Assembly (NCBI RefSeq): GCF_002803295.2
Contig: NZ_PGGB02000002.1
Location: 73,476 to 105,475, forward strand
DNA: 32,000 nucleotides
From: Caedibacter taeniospiralis
Lineage (GTDB): Bacteria; Pseudomonadota; Gammaproteobacteria; Francisellales; Francisellaceae
Reading direction: 5' to 3'
Both the position numbers and the translations under genes were made by a program. Positions 1 to 9,196 of this stretch are shown in pieces. Numbering within the stretch: the stretch's first letter is position 1; each line of letters begins with the position of its first letter. The notes beneath the pieces were generated by a model. It ran no database searches. It had not been told where the DNA came from and saw nothing but the letters and a program-made list of their open reading frames with translations.

Positions 1-863
1 GTTGGCGTTGCCGTTTCAAACCAATAGGACTGGTACTGATAATCGCCATCGATAAATAACAAAATGTCAAAGGGGTTGTAGACCTTCTGGCTTTCACTGC
101 CCGCAAAGTTGTAGCCGTTATACCATTTTTTAAGCTGGACTAAATCAACCTCCCCCTCTTTCAAGTAGGATCCAAATGACTGCTCCAACTCTGCCTGGTT
201 ATAGCCGCAAATATCGGCATAACGCTTATCCAGGGTAAGGTCTTTTAAGTTATTCAACTCGCTGAAAATACTGATTTTACTGAATCTTGACACACCTGTA
301 AGCATCGCAAATTTGACATTCACATCCTGAGATTTAATCACGCTATAAAAGTTTCTAAGTCGCTGACGCATTGCCCTGGCAATCTCGGTATTATCGATAT
401 TATCCAAAATCGGCTTGTCATATTCATCGACCAGAATCACTACTTTGTGGTGGATGCTTGCAAGCTGGCGTATAAGATGGGCAAAACGCGTGCTCACCTC
501 TTCGTATACATTGGTAATTCCATACAATTGGTAGTGATCATCAAGGAAGCTGTTGATTTTAGCGTCTAGTGCTTCAGGATCTGCAGCATTACCCTCACCA
601 AAGGTAAAATGGAGCACGGGATACTTTACTTCCCAATCCCAGTTGTTTTCCAGATATAGACCTTTAAACAAATCTTTATTTCCCAGAAATGCCTGTTTTA
701 TCGTATCAATTAACAAAGACTTACCAAAACGTCTAGGACGTGAGAGAAAATAATACTTGCCGCGATTCACTAAATGATAAACATGCGGTGTTTTATCGAC
801 ATAAATATAATCACCCGTGATGATTTCTGCTAAACCAGAAATGCCAATCGGAAGTTTTTTCAT
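1..863 (-). CDS. AAA-ATPase-like domain protein (PF09820-type, normally fused to a C-terminal PD-(D/E)XK nuclease domain); N-terminal ~287 codons only, gene runs off the window
   Basis: Absent from the ORF track because it is open at the window edge. Hand translation of the minus strand from the ATG at 863 gives MKKLPIGISGLAEIITGDYIYVDKTPHVYHLVNRGKYYFLSRPRRFGKSLLIDTIKQAF...HKVVILVDEYDKPILDN...YNPFDILLFIDGDYQYQSYWFETATPT. It stays open to position 1. The MKKLPIG..YVDKT start, RPRRFGKS P-loop-like motif, VDEYD and YWFET(A/G)TP are the pattern I recall for this family. Confidence 0.7.
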   Translation of the reverse strand, partial: MKKLPIGISGLAEIITGDYIYVDKTPHVYHLVNRGKYYFLSRPRRFGKSLLIDTIKQAFLGNKDLFKGLYLENNWDWEVKYPVLHFTFGEGNAADPEALDAKINSFLDDHYQLYGITNVYEEVSTRFAHLIRQLASIHHKVVILVDEYDKPILDNIDNTEIARAMRQRLRNFYSVIKSQDVNVKFAMLTGVSRFSKISIFSELNNLKDLTLDKRYADICGYNQAELEQSFGSYLKEGEVDLVQLKKWYNGYNFAGSESQKVYNPFDILLFIDGDYQYQSYWFETATP

Positions 864-983
864 CTGTTTTGCTCAAGCCATTTAACCTGGAGGAAGTGTA
901 ACAGTTTCTAGCTGCCAAAACCATACGAGACACCTTACTTATATAGGACAGACACTTTCCCAATGGTCAAAAAACACAAACTG

Positions 984-1018
984 TATACCCCTCGCAAAAT
1001 GGTTTGTGATGGGTATAA
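984..1018. repeat. Short hairpin carrying one copy of the arm motif AAAATGGTTTGTGATGG also found in the palindromic element at 28327-28493
   Basis: TATACCC(984-990)...GGGTATA(1011-1017) is a 7-bp inverted repeat. The 23 nt at 996-1018 (AAAATGGTTTGTGATGGGTATAA) are identical to the reverse complement of 28327-28349. CGCAAAATG (993-1001) also matches 28470-28478. Confidence 0.55.
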
Positions 1019-1134
1019 CTCCAGTTGGATCAGGAAAAGTTTTCCTCAAGGATTAAATAAATCTTCTTCTTTAATAGATCGTATTTTAAGCCATAAAATG
1101 GCATTGCTCAAAAACAACACAACTGGAGATAAAA

Positions 1135-1315
1135 ATGAGTATTAAAAAAACCTTACTTTCAACCTCGCTGGCAATGATATTAGCTAGCGGTGCCTTATGC
1201 CGCCGAACAAGAAATAGGGGGTGCTATTATGTGGACCACTGATGGGGATGTTCCTGTGAGTGATGCAACAAACTCACTGATCATGAACTTCAAGAGTGGT
1301 TATGCTGGAGTTTAA
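1135..1315 (+). pseudogene. Small secreted protein, apparently frameshifted (or a 35-codon ORF followed by an out-of-frame remnant)
   Basis: GGAGA (1125-1129) sits 5 nt before the ATG at 1135. Frame 1 reads MSIKKTLLSTSLAMILASGALCRRTRNRGCYYVDH*, with its stop at 1240-1242. Skipping T1198 gives ...ASGALA|AEQEIGGAIMWTTDGDVPVSDATNSLIMNFKSGYAGV*, ending at 1315. That is a textbook signal peptide with an A-L-A cleavage site. Confidence 0.35.
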
Positions 1316-1446
1316 ACCAAAAGTAGTATTGGAATTGCTGGAAAATGAGCTTATATTAGTAACGCTTGTGAATAGGCTCAGTAAGATGGCAAAAAACATT
1401 CAGAGGTGGGAAAAAGCTCTTTTTTAGAGAGTGCAGCTACCTCTGT

Positions 1447-1696
1447 GGTAGTTCTGCCAAAGGGGCTAAAGTGCAATGGCGCTACTTTAAGAAAATGAGT
1501 TTAAATCAATGATACTTAGAGCGCGGAAAGCAACCATCCATGGCACTGGATTGCTTGCATCCGTGCGGCAATGACGGACTTCTGGTTAGCAGGAGTCTGT
1601 CATCCTGAGCCAGGATGGCGTGAGGAGCCAATGCGAAGCTGCCATGGATGGCAAACTATGCTAAGGTAGTGCCATTGGGCTAAAGTGCACAAGGCT
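1447..1696 (+). repeat. Imperfect ~33-bp direct repeats (1447-1480 and 1665-1696) bracketing a structured core
   Basis: GGTAGTTCTGCCAAAGGGGCTAAAGTGCAATGGC versus GGTAGTGCCATTGGGCTAAAGTGCACAAGGC. The 13-nt core GGGCTAAAGTGCA is identical at 1463-1475 and 1677-1689. Both copies are followed within ~20 nt by AAGAAAATGA. Confidence 0.5.
1534..1651 (+). other. Structured intergenic element (candidate small RNA or MITE core)
   Basis: A perfect 12-bp closing helix joins CCATCCATGGCA (1534-1545) to TGCCATGGATGG (1640-1651). Inside it, a 14-bp hairpin spans 1571-1603 (ATGACGGACTTCTG / CAGGAGTCTGTCAT) with two G-U pairs that exist only in the plus-strand RNA. A 7-bp hairpin CATCCTG-agc-CAGGATG spans 1601-1617. 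No plausible ORF. Confidence 0.3.
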
Positions 1697-1787
1697 AAAA
1701 ATAAAGAAAATGAAAGCTTTTAGTAGAAACCAGATGAGAAACATATCAAAAGTAAAGCAAATTATTTGAGTGGAGTAAGCCCAGCCT

Positions 1788-2753
1788 GTGAATATGACAT
1801 TTTTAAAAATTTTAAGTCAACTGAATCACGTGAGTTACACCGATGGAACCACCATAGGCAATGCGCTTGGAATTACGCGTGCGGCAGTTTGGAAAGCCAT
1901 TCAAAAATTACAAAGTGAATATCATATTGAAATTGAGTCGCATCGCAGTCATGGTTATCGGCTGGTTGATCCTTTGATTATGCTTGATCAACAGTTTATT
2001 TCAGGAGCTATTAATCATAAAGATGTTTTAGTTGAATGCTTTCCAAGCATTAACTCAACCAATACGTATTTACAAAATGCGTCATTAAAGTTCAGTTATC
2101 ATATTTGTATCGCAGAACAACAAACTCGTGGCAAGGGGCGCTTTGATCGCGTGTGGAGTTCACCATTTGCTGAGAATTTATATTATTCGTTGAAGGTGAG
2201 CTTAAACAAGGAACTTAGTGATTTATCAGGCTTAAGCTTAGCCGTTGCCGTCGGGGTTACCAAAGCTTTATCTCAAAGTTTTCCCAAGCTTGATCTTAAA
2301 ATCAAGTGGCCAAATGATATTTATGTTAATGGCAAAAAATTGGCAGGTATTTTGATTGAAGTGAAGGCTGAGTCAAATGCACAGAGTCAGATTGTTATTG
2401 GGATTGGTATTAATGTGAATATGCGTAAAAACGATACAGTAACTCAAGCATGGAGCTCGTTGGCAAATGAGCTAAAAACTTATATTGATCGCAATGCTTT
2501 GGCAATTACGGTAAGTAATGCACTTATCACTACGTTGAAAGCGTTTGAAAAAGAGGGTTTTGCTTATTTTATGGATGACTATCACCATTATGATTATTTA
2601 AAGGGCAAGTCTATTAGTTTGAGTATTTTAAATAAGGAAGTCGTTTCAGGTGTCGGGAATGGTGTAAATGAATTAGGACAGCTTAGGCTTAAGATAGGCG
2701 AGAATGAGCAACGCGTATTTACCTCAGGAGAGGCAACGATTATTAAACGTTAA
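1788..2753 (+). CDS. birA: Bifunctional biotin--[acetyl-CoA-carboxylase] ligase / biotin operon repressor
   Basis: N-terminal winged-HTH (GNALGITRAAVWKAIQKLQ), biotin-ligase motifs QQTRGKGRFDRVWSSP and KWPNDIY. The ORF starts at GTG 1788; ATG 1794 is an alternative. Confidence 0.9.
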   Translation: MNMTFLKILSQLNHVSYTDGTTIGNALGITRAAVWKAIQKLQSEYHIEIESHRSHGYRLVDPLIMLDQQFISGAINHKDVLVECFPSINSTNTYLQNASLKFSYHICIAEQQTRGKGRFDRVWSSPFAENLYYSLKVSLNKELSDLSGLSLAVAVGVTKALSQSFPKLDLKIKWPNDIYVNGKKLAGILIEVKAESNAQSQIVIGIGINVNMRKNDTVTQAWSSLANELKTYIDRNALAITVSNALITTLKAFEKEGFAYFMDDYHHYDYLKGKSISLSILNKEVVSGVGNGVNELGQLRLKIGENEQRVFTSGEATIIKR

Positions 2754-2756
2754 AAC

Positions 2757-3641
2757 CTAATGTGTTCTGCTAATGATATACTGAGAAAGCGCTTTAAGAC
2801 CCATGGTGTTAAAAGCATGAAGTTTATCTAACTGATCTGCAGCTTGATTAAATAAATCATCAAGAAGCGCTTGTGTAGCATCAATCCCGAGGAGTAAAGG
2901 ATAAGTCGACTTATTAAGCTTAAGGTCACTGTCATTATCTTTGCCTAAAGTCTGTGTATCAGAAGTTGCTTCCAAAAGATCATCTTTAATCTGAAATGCC
3001 AGTCCAATAGATTGGCTAAATTGGATTAAATGGTTTTCAATACAATGATTGTGATAATGGGACGAAGCCACAAATGGCAAAAGAATTGCGGCAGTCAGGA
3101 GTTTGCCTGTTTTAAGGCGATGTATGGTTTCGATTTCATCAATGCTTTGTTTTTTACCTTCGCCCTCAATATCTAGCTGCTGACCTGAGACCATCCCCTG
3201 GCTGCCTGCATGGGTTGAAAGTGTGTGTAGTATTTTTTTAAGCTGTTCCAAGCTTAAGTCTTTAAGTTCACTTAGTGCCTGAAATGCCAGACTTTGTAAG
3301 GCGTCAGCTGCCAGGATGGCGGTAGCTTCATCAAACTGGATGTGACAGGTGGGCTTGCCACGGCGAAGGTGATCGTCATCCATCGCAGGCAAATCATCGT
3401 GGATAAGAGAATACGCATGGATGGCTTCCAAGGCAAAAGCGATATGCTTGATATTGTGTTCACTGCATTGGAAACACTCGCCACTGAGATAGCTTAAAAT
3501 TGCGCGGATGCGTTTTCCGCCTTCTAAAAAACTATATGCCATAGCCTCTTGCAGGCGTAAGCTTCTGATATTTTGTTGATAAAAATAGTCTTTGGCAAAC
3601 ACCTCAAAGTCATTTTTTATGCGTGCGAACTTGCTCAACAT
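2757..3641 (-). CDS. ispA: (2E,6E)-farnesyl diphosphate synthase
   Basis: First Asp-rich motif LIHDDLPAMDDDHLRRGKPT and second motif FQIKDDLLE. 294 aa. The start overlaps the waaA stop by 7 nt. Confidence 0.88.
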   Translation of the reverse strand: MLSKFARIKNDFEVFAKDYFYQQNIRSLRLQEAMAYSFLEGGKRIRAILSYLSGECFQCSEHNIKHIAFALEAIHAYSLIHDDLPAMDDDHLRRGKPTCHIQFDEATAILAADALQSLAFQALSELKDLSLEQLKKILHTLSTHAGSQGMVSGQQLDIEGEGKKQSIDEIETIHRLKTGKLLTAAILLPFVASSHYHNHCIENHLIQFSQSIGLAFQIKDDLLEATSDTQTLGKDNDSDLKLNKSTYPLLLGIDATQALLDDLFNQAADQLDKLHAFNTMGLKALSQYIISRTH

Positions 3642-4909
3642 AGAAAAGCCTCAACGATTGAAAATTGCTTGTCAAGTGCTCCTTTGTTTTGATTAAAAAC
3701 TACAATGGCAGCACCACCTTGTTCTTTGGCGATTTGTGGTTCAATAAAGAGTTTTTGCAAGACTACGGCTAGTTCATTGCTATGAGTAACAAAGGTGAGT
3801 GCGTGAGCTGCCTGCAACTTACTGGCAACCTCAGCAAAATTAAACACCGATGTGCCAGAGAGAATGGGTTTGGCAAGGGCTGCGGGCTCCAGCATGTTGT
3901 GTCCTCCTTTATTCACAAGGCTGCCACCGACAAAGGCGACGTCACTTACTGCGTACAATAGCATCATCTCACCCATCGTATCCGCAAGATAAATGTCAAT
4001 GTTATGCGTGGATTCGTTTAGGCTTCTGCGGCTGCAATTTAATTGTCGGTTTTGTATTAGTTCAGCGACTTGATCAAAACGCTCGGGGTGCCTGGGCACA
4101 AGAATTAAAAGTGTGTCAGGTAACTGTTGTAACAGGGTTTGATGCGCTTTTAATATTATTTCGTCTTCACCTTGATGAGTGCTTGCGGCAATCCAGATAT
4201 GCTTTTTGTTAAACGTATTACGCAAAGCTTTGGCGTTACTTGCCAGATCGTGCGCAATCGGAAAATCGTATTTGATATTCCCATCAACGCTGATTTTGTT
4301 TCGAACCATGCCAAGATTAATAAAACGCTTAGCATCATCGGTTGACTGTACACTAATATGAGTGAGTTGACCAAGCATTTTGCGCGTTATAAACCTGATT
4401 CTAGCGTAGCCATCAGCAGATCTTTGAGATAATCGTGCATTTAACAGGATGACTGAAATCTGCTTTGCGGTACAAACTGCCAAGAGATTTGGCCATATTT
4501 CAGTTTCCATAATAATGCACAGTTTAGGCTTCACACATTTGATAAAACGTTTGAGTAAACATGGAATGTCATAAGGAATGTAGCTGTGATGGATATTGCT
4601 AAATGTGGCATATAGCTTTTGTACCTGGGCACTTCCTGTTGGCGTCATGGTGGTAACAATAAAATGGTCTTGGGGGCGGGTGCTGGCGAGCTTTTTGACC
4701 AAAGGTGCAATAGCAATACTCTCCCCCATGGAGACTGAATGGATCCAAATGCTTTGTTTTAATCTAAAAGGGACAAAGCCATAGCGCTCAGAGATGCGTT
4801 GACGATAACCTTTATTTTTACGGCTACGAATGAGTTTTTGGAGTGTGACAAAAGGTAGAATTAAACCAAACAGCAGGCTGTAAATAAAACGCAGGGTGTT
4901 GTAGATCAT
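3635..4909 (-). CDS. waaA: 3-deoxy-D-manno-octulosonic acid (Kdo) transferase
   Basis: 424 aa. N-terminal membrane anchor, then the [10 protein letters not shown] motif and the GT30 C-terminal half ([17 protein letters not shown]). ATGA overlap with the hldD stop at 4906-4909. Confidence 0.88.
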   Translation of the reverse strand: MIYNTLRFIYSLLFGLILPFVTLQKLIRSRKNKGYRQRISERYGFVPFRLKQSIWIHSVSMGESIAIAPLVKKLASTRPQDHFIVTTMTPTGSAQVQKLYATFSNIHHSYIPYDIPCLLKRFIKCVKPKLCIIMETEIWPNLLAVCTAKQISVILLNARLSQRSADGYARIRFITRKMLGQLTHISVQSTDDAKRFINLGMVRNKISVDGNIKYDFPIAHDLASNAKALRNTFNKKHIWIAASTHQGEDEIILKAHQTLLQQLPDTLLILVPRHPERFDQVAELIQNRQLNCSRRSLNESTHNIDIYLADTMGEMMLLYAVSDVAFVGGSLVNKGGHNMLEPAALAKPILSGTSVFNFAEVASKLQAAHALTFVTHSNELAVVLQKLFIEPQIAKEQGGAAIVVFNQNKGALDKQFSIVEAFLC

Positions 4910-5892
4910 ATTTTGTTCTTTTCTAACCAGTGAAGGTATTCAGTTACTCCTGTTTTGACGTCTCTAAACCCAACATCACAGCCTGTTTCTCTGAGTTTAT
5001 CTAAATTAGCCTCAGTATAACTTTGGTAATGTCCCTTTAGGTGATCTGGGAATTCGATATATTCCAACTCACCTTTGCCGTAGAAATCAAGGATACTATT
5101 GGCGATGCGATTAAACGGTTCAGCTGTCCCTGTGCCGCAGTTGAAAATACCAGAGGTTTCGGGATGATCTAGAAACCATAGATTAACTTTTGCTGCATCC
5201 TCAACATAGATAAAATCACGCAACTGCTCACCCGCCTGGAAGCCATCATAGGCGCCAAAAAGCTTCAGTTTTTTAGCGACCTTAAATTGCTTATAGTGCT
5301 GAAATGCAACACTCGCCATTGAGCCTTTGTGCATTTCGTGTGGTCCATAGACATTGAAATATTTTAAGCCGACGATTTGGCTTTGTGCATGAGGTAAGTA
5401 TTTTCTAACATATTGATCAAATAAAAACTTGGAATAGCCGTAAACATTGACGGGTCTTTCGTATTGGCGTTCTTCAATAAAAGTAGTGTTATTACCATAA
5501 GTAGCAGCGCTTGACGCGTAGATAAAGGGAATTTTGTGACGCATACAAAAGTGCAGAAGCGTTTTACTGTATTGATAGTTATTATCCATTATATATTGCC
5601 CATCCCATTCAGTAGTAGCTGAGCATGCCCCTTGATGGATAATGGCAGTGATATTTTCAATCTTGAGGTAACTAAGACCAGATGTCGGGGCTAGGTAGGC
5701 TAAGTCTGTGTTGATTGCTTGCAGAAATTCATTTTGATCGCAGTAATCAGCGATTTCATAATCGACCAAATTAATAAATTGATGACCATTTTTTAAGTTG
5801 TCAACCACCAGAATATCCTGATGTCCACGAATGTTAAGTTGTTTAACGATGTTAGCACCAATAAAACCTGCACCACCTGTGACAATAATCAT
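4906..5892 (-). CDS. hldD: ADP-L-glycero-D-manno-heptose 6-epimerase
   Basis: [20 protein letters not shown]..., [37 protein letters not shown] and [18 protein letters not shown] are near-collinear with E. coli HldD as I remember it. I prefer ATG 5892 (GGAGAA 5 nt upstream) over the track's TTG at 5913. Confidence 0.9.
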   Translation of the reverse strand: MIIVTGGAGFIGANIVKQLNIRGHQDILVVDNLKNGHQFINLVDYEIADYCDQNEFLQAINTDLAYLAPTSGLSYLKIENITAIIHQGACSATTEWDGQYIMDNNYQYSKTLLHFCMRHKIPFIYASSAATYGNNTTFIEERQYERPVNVYGYSKFLFDQYVRKYLPHAQSQIVGLKYFNVYGPHEMHKGSMASVAFQHYKQFKVAKKLKLFGAYDGFQAGEQLRDFIYVEDAAKVNLWFLDHPETSGIFNCGTGTAEPFNRIANSILDFYGKGELEYIEFPDHLKGHYQSYTEANLDKLRETGCDVGFRDVKTGVTEYLHWLEKNKI

Positions 5893-5922
5893 CGCATTTC
5901 TCCGTATGTTCAAACAGGGGCA

Positions 5923-5931
5923 ATTCTAACA
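5923..5931 (-). promoter_or_regulatory. Candidate extended -10 (TGTTAGAAT) for the hldD-waaA-ispA operon
   Basis: The minus strand reads TTTTTTGTTAGAATTGCCCC. The hexamer ends 30 nt before the hldD ATG. Confidence 0.3.
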
Positions 5932-6046
5932 AAAAAAATGCCAGTTTTCCGCAACTTCCTTGATTAACGCTTTATGGCTAAGTACCTGGCTTGTGGTTAT
6001 TTATGGAGTCGCCTACAATAAAGCAATCAAAAAGTTAAGATCACCA

Positions 6047-6871
6047 ATGGATATGAGTCAAGCACCGTTAGATTTACTAAATCGTCGAAAACTTTTTACT
6101 GAAAATATCTATCCATACCAGGAAAAAATGCCCATAAAAGTCTATGAGCAGCAAAAAACCCAGTTGCAGATTGAGCTTCTGAAAATGCAGCAGTGGGTAA
6201 GATCCACAGGGCAAAAAGTATTGATTATATTTGAAGGACGTGATGCAGCAGGCAAGGGGGGGACAATCAAACGGATGATGGAGCACTTGAATCCTCGTGG
6301 TGCGCGTGTTGTGGCATTAGAGAAACCGACAGAGCTTGAACAGGGGCAGTGGTATTTTCAACGCTATATTCGCCATTTACCGATGGCTGGTGAAATTGTC
6401 ATGTTTGATCGCTCCTGGTATAACCGTGCAGGGGTTGAAAAAGTCATGGGCTTTTGTACCCCTGAGCAATATGAACTATTTTTGCAGCAGGCACCTGAAC
6501 TTGAAAAAATGTTGGTACAAAGTGGGATTAAGCTTTTTAAACTCTGGTTTTCAGTCAGTCAAAAAGAACAAAAAATACGTTTTCAATCTCGCTCAGTTCA
6601 CCCATTAAAGCAATGGAAATTAAGTCCTATTGATAGGGCAAGCCTGGATAAATGGGATGATTACACCGAGGCTAAGGAAAGCATGTTTTTACATACTGAT
6701 ACAGAGCTTGCACCATGGACGGTGATTAAGTCAGATGATAAAAAACGGGCGAGAATTAATGCCATGCGTTTTATTTTATCCAGGCTGGACTATAAAAATA
6801 AGGATCCAAACATCGCGATCAAACCCGATTCACTGATTGTTGGCTTAGCTAGTGAAATTTATCCTGAATAG
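6047..6871 (+). CDS. ppk2: Polyphosphate kinase 2 (PPK2 family)
   Basis: FEGRDAAGKGGTIKRMMEHLNPRGARVVAL, WYFQRYIRHLP and MFDRSWYNRAGVEKVMGF are PPK2 hallmarks. I prefer ATG 6047 (MDMSQAP...); the track's TTG at 5960 adds a hydrophobic extension. Confidence 0.85.
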   Translation: MDMSQAPLDLLNRRKLFTENIYPYQEKMPIKVYEQQKTQLQIELLKMQQWVRSTGQKVLIIFEGRDAAGKGGTIKRMMEHLNPRGARVVALEKPTELEQGQWYFQRYIRHLPMAGEIVMFDRSWYNRAGVEKVMGFCTPEQYELFLQQAPELEKMLVQSGIKLFKLWFSVSQKEQKIRFQSRSVHPLKQWKLSPIDRASLDKWDDYTEAKESMFLHTDTELAPWTVIKSDDKKRARINAMRFILSRLDYKNKDPNIAIKPDSLIVGLASEIYPE

Positions 6872-6918
6872 ATTAGTAGAGAGTCCCATTTTCCCCTGCC
6901 TCAGAGATGTCTATCTAA

Positions 6919-8151
6919 TCATTTTTGACAGAGAGTGAGTGTTGAGTTTTGTTTTTGCGCGCAGTATCTGGTCAGCTCACCAATGAGCACAAAAGAACCA
7001 AAGACCATCACAAGGTCATCGTCGTGAACATTATGGGTTACGTAGTCAAAAGCCGCAACGGGCGTGTTAAAAAAAAGGCTGTTGCGGGGAAAAAGATGTT
7101 GCTTTTGTACATCTATAACTGAGGTAAAACGCGAATCAATCGCGCTTAAATCAGGAATAAGCCACTGTGTTACCACGGCTTGTCCATGCTGGATAATGCT
7201 GTGAATATCCTTGTGCTGATTGGCAGTAAAGATTGCAATCACCCGCTCTTTAGGCTCGTCTTGTAATAAGACCTGAATTTGCGTAAAAAAGTTGCTTACG
7301 GCTTGCGGATTATGGGCGACATCAGCAATGATCAAGGGTTTATGTTGTATGACCTGAAATCGACCAGTTACGCTTAATTTTGCTATATCACTGGGGATGC
7401 TGAGCTTTCCCTGGATCTGCTCAATCGCCGTTAATGCACAGATCATGCTGTTAGGGTGAATGTTATGGTTGTCAATGACAGGGTGATTCTTGGTCTCTAC
7501 AATAATAGCCTTGATTTGCTTGAGATAATTCATTGCGTTTGGTGGCAAGACTTTTCCGATGATAACAGGCTTGTCAGCACGTGCAATATGTGCCTTCTCA
7601 AGGGCAATTTGCTCAATGCTATTACCAAGGAGATTGCAATGATCGAGCGCAACTGTGGTGATAATGGCAATCTCGGCATCAAATAAGTTTGCGGGATCTA
7701 ACCGCCCCCCAACACCAACTTCCAGTACTACCCAGGAGGGTTTTTTGTTTTGAATATAAAGCCAGGCGCAAAGAAAACTGACAAAATGATAACGGAGCTT
7801 GAGTTTAAGTTGCAGGCAGGTTTGGTAGATACGCCTAAGACAGGATAACAAATCAGCATCTTTAATATCTTTCTGGTTATAACTGATTCTTTCGTTAAAT
7901 CGGAGAATGTGTGGCGAAATATGACAGATATGGTCAATGTGATTGTATTGCAGGATATGGGATATGAGTGCAACGGTCGAACCCTTGCCATTAGTGCCCG
8001 TCACTGTAATGATTTTTGGCTCATAATCAACGCAAAGCCTATCCAGAAAAAGTCTTAAATCCAGAAGTGCGGCTTGTGGAAAGGCTAAAGCACTAATCTG
8101 ACTGATGATTTTTTCAATGCAGTCACCTGGGCTTACGCTTAACGCAGGCAT
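6919..8151 (-). CDS. folC: Bifunctional folylpolyglutamate synthase / dihydrofolate synthase
   Basis: Mur-ligase P-loop VTGTNGKGST. 410 aa. Sits 9 nt downstream of accD, matching the conserved accD-folC arrangement. Confidence 0.85.
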   Translation of the reverse strand: MPALSVSPGDCIEKIISQISALAFPQAALLDLRLFLDRLCVDYEPKIITVTGTNGKGSTVALISHILQYNHIDHICHISPHILRFNERISYNQKDIKDADLLSCLRRIYQTCLQLKLKLRYHFVSFLCAWLYIQNKKPSWVVLEVGVGGRLDPANLFDAEIAIITTVALDHCNLLGNSIEQIALEKAHIARADKPVIIGKVLPPNAMNYLKQIKAIIVETKNHPVIDNHNIHPNSMICALTAIEQIQGKLSIPSDIAKLSVTGRFQVIQHKPLIIADVAHNPQAVSNFFTQIQVLLQDEPKERVIAIFTANQHKDIHSIIQHGQAVVTQWLIPDLSAIDSRFTSVIDVQKQHLFPRNSLFFNTPVAAFDYVTHNVHDDDLVMVFGSFVLIGELTRYCAQKQNSTLTLCQK

Positions 8152-8160
8152 AATGGGGTT

Positions 8161-9024
8161 TTAACCAACGTGCTTATGCTGCGTTGGCAACAATTTATCG
8201 AGTAAATGACTGATATCATTGGCAAGCTGCTGGCGATGCACAATACGATCGATCATGCCTTTTTCAAGCAGAAACTCACTGCGTTGAAAACCTTCTGGCA
8301 GTTTTTCACGCACGGTTTGCTCGATCACCCTGGGACCTGCAAAGCCGATTAGTGCATTTGGCTCGGCAATATGGATGTCTCCGAGCATTGCCAAAGATGC
8401 AGAGACGCCACCAGTGGTCGGATCAGTCAAGACCACGATGTAAGGGAGTTTGTGTTTGGCTAGTTTGGCAAGCGCTGCACTGGTTTTTGCCATTTGCATC
8501 AGGGAAAAAAGGGACTCCTGCATTCGAGCCCCTCCACTTGCGGTAAAACAGATAAGAGGTTCCTGTTTTTCAATCGCAAGATCCACAGCACGTACAAATT
8601 TCTCGCCAACAACTGCACCCATTGATCCTCCCAAAAAGCTAAAATCAAAGATAGCTGCAACCACAGCTTTGGCATTGATTAAGCCATCAAATACAAGAAG
8701 AGCATCATTTTCTTTGGTTTTCTTTTGCGCGGCACTTAAGCGGTCTTTATAGGATTTGGTGTCTTTAAACTTGAGAATATCTTTTGGTTTTACGTCACTG
8801 AAATATTCAACAGCAGAATCCTTATCGAAAAAATAGCCCGCACGCTGGCGTGCATTTAAGCGCATATGATGATCACAGTTAGAACAAACCATCATGTTTT
8901 CAACTAAATCAGGAAGATACAACACGGCACTGCAAGATGGACACTTGTGCCAGACCCCTTCAGGAAGTTCTTTTTTCTGGGAGTCAGAGCGTAATTGCGG
9001 AATAATTTTGGTGAGCCAGCTCAT
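8161..9024 (-). CDS. accD: Acetyl-CoA carboxylase carboxyltransferase subunit beta
   Basis: N-terminal zinc ribbon CPSCSAVLY...CSNCDHH, followed by the carboxyltransferase fold ([18 protein letters not shown]). Confidence 0.92.
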   Translation of the reverse strand: MSWLTKIIPQLRSDSQKKELPEGVWHKCPSCSAVLYLPDLVENMMVCSNCDHHMRLNARQRAGYFFDKDSAVEYFSDVKPKDILKFKDTKSYKDRLSAAQKKTKENDALLVFDGLINAKAVVAAIFDFSFLGGSMGAVVGEKFVRAVDLAIEKQEPLICFTASGGARMQESLFSLMQMAKTSAALAKLAKHKLPYIVVLTDPTTGGVSASLAMLGDIHIAEPNALIGFAGPRVIEQTVREKLPEGFQRSEFLLEKGMIDRIVHRQQLANDISHLLDKLLPTQHKHVG

Positions 9025-9196
9025 CGGTTAAATCGATCACTTTGGTGAATACACATAGCTCGCCATTGTATAACACTCAAAAATCATTTTCACAATCTTT
9101 CTTGCGCGAAAGCACAAATTTAGGCGTTACGTATATGAGTGCTTTTCTGTTACACTGGCGAACCTCATTAAAAGCCATGAGGTATCATCCACAAAA

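Noticed and set aside
963-1145. 60-codon plus-strand ORF in the gap after the AAA-ATPase-like gene
   Set aside because: It has no RBS, spans the hairpin repeat, and ends just inside the better-supported small secreted ORF. It is probably chance.
1547-1563. tRNA-anticodon-like stem-loop (GGAT-TGCTTGC-ATCC)
   Set aside because: The position-33 equivalent is G, not U. No acceptor, D or T arms can be drawn around it.
9163-9182. Hairpin CCTCAT-N8-ATGAGG just upstream of trpS, possibly sequestering the GAGG Shine-Dalgarno
   Set aside because: The stem is only 6 bp. The GAGG lies 14 nt from the ATG, too far to be a confident SD, so an attenuator claim is unsupported.
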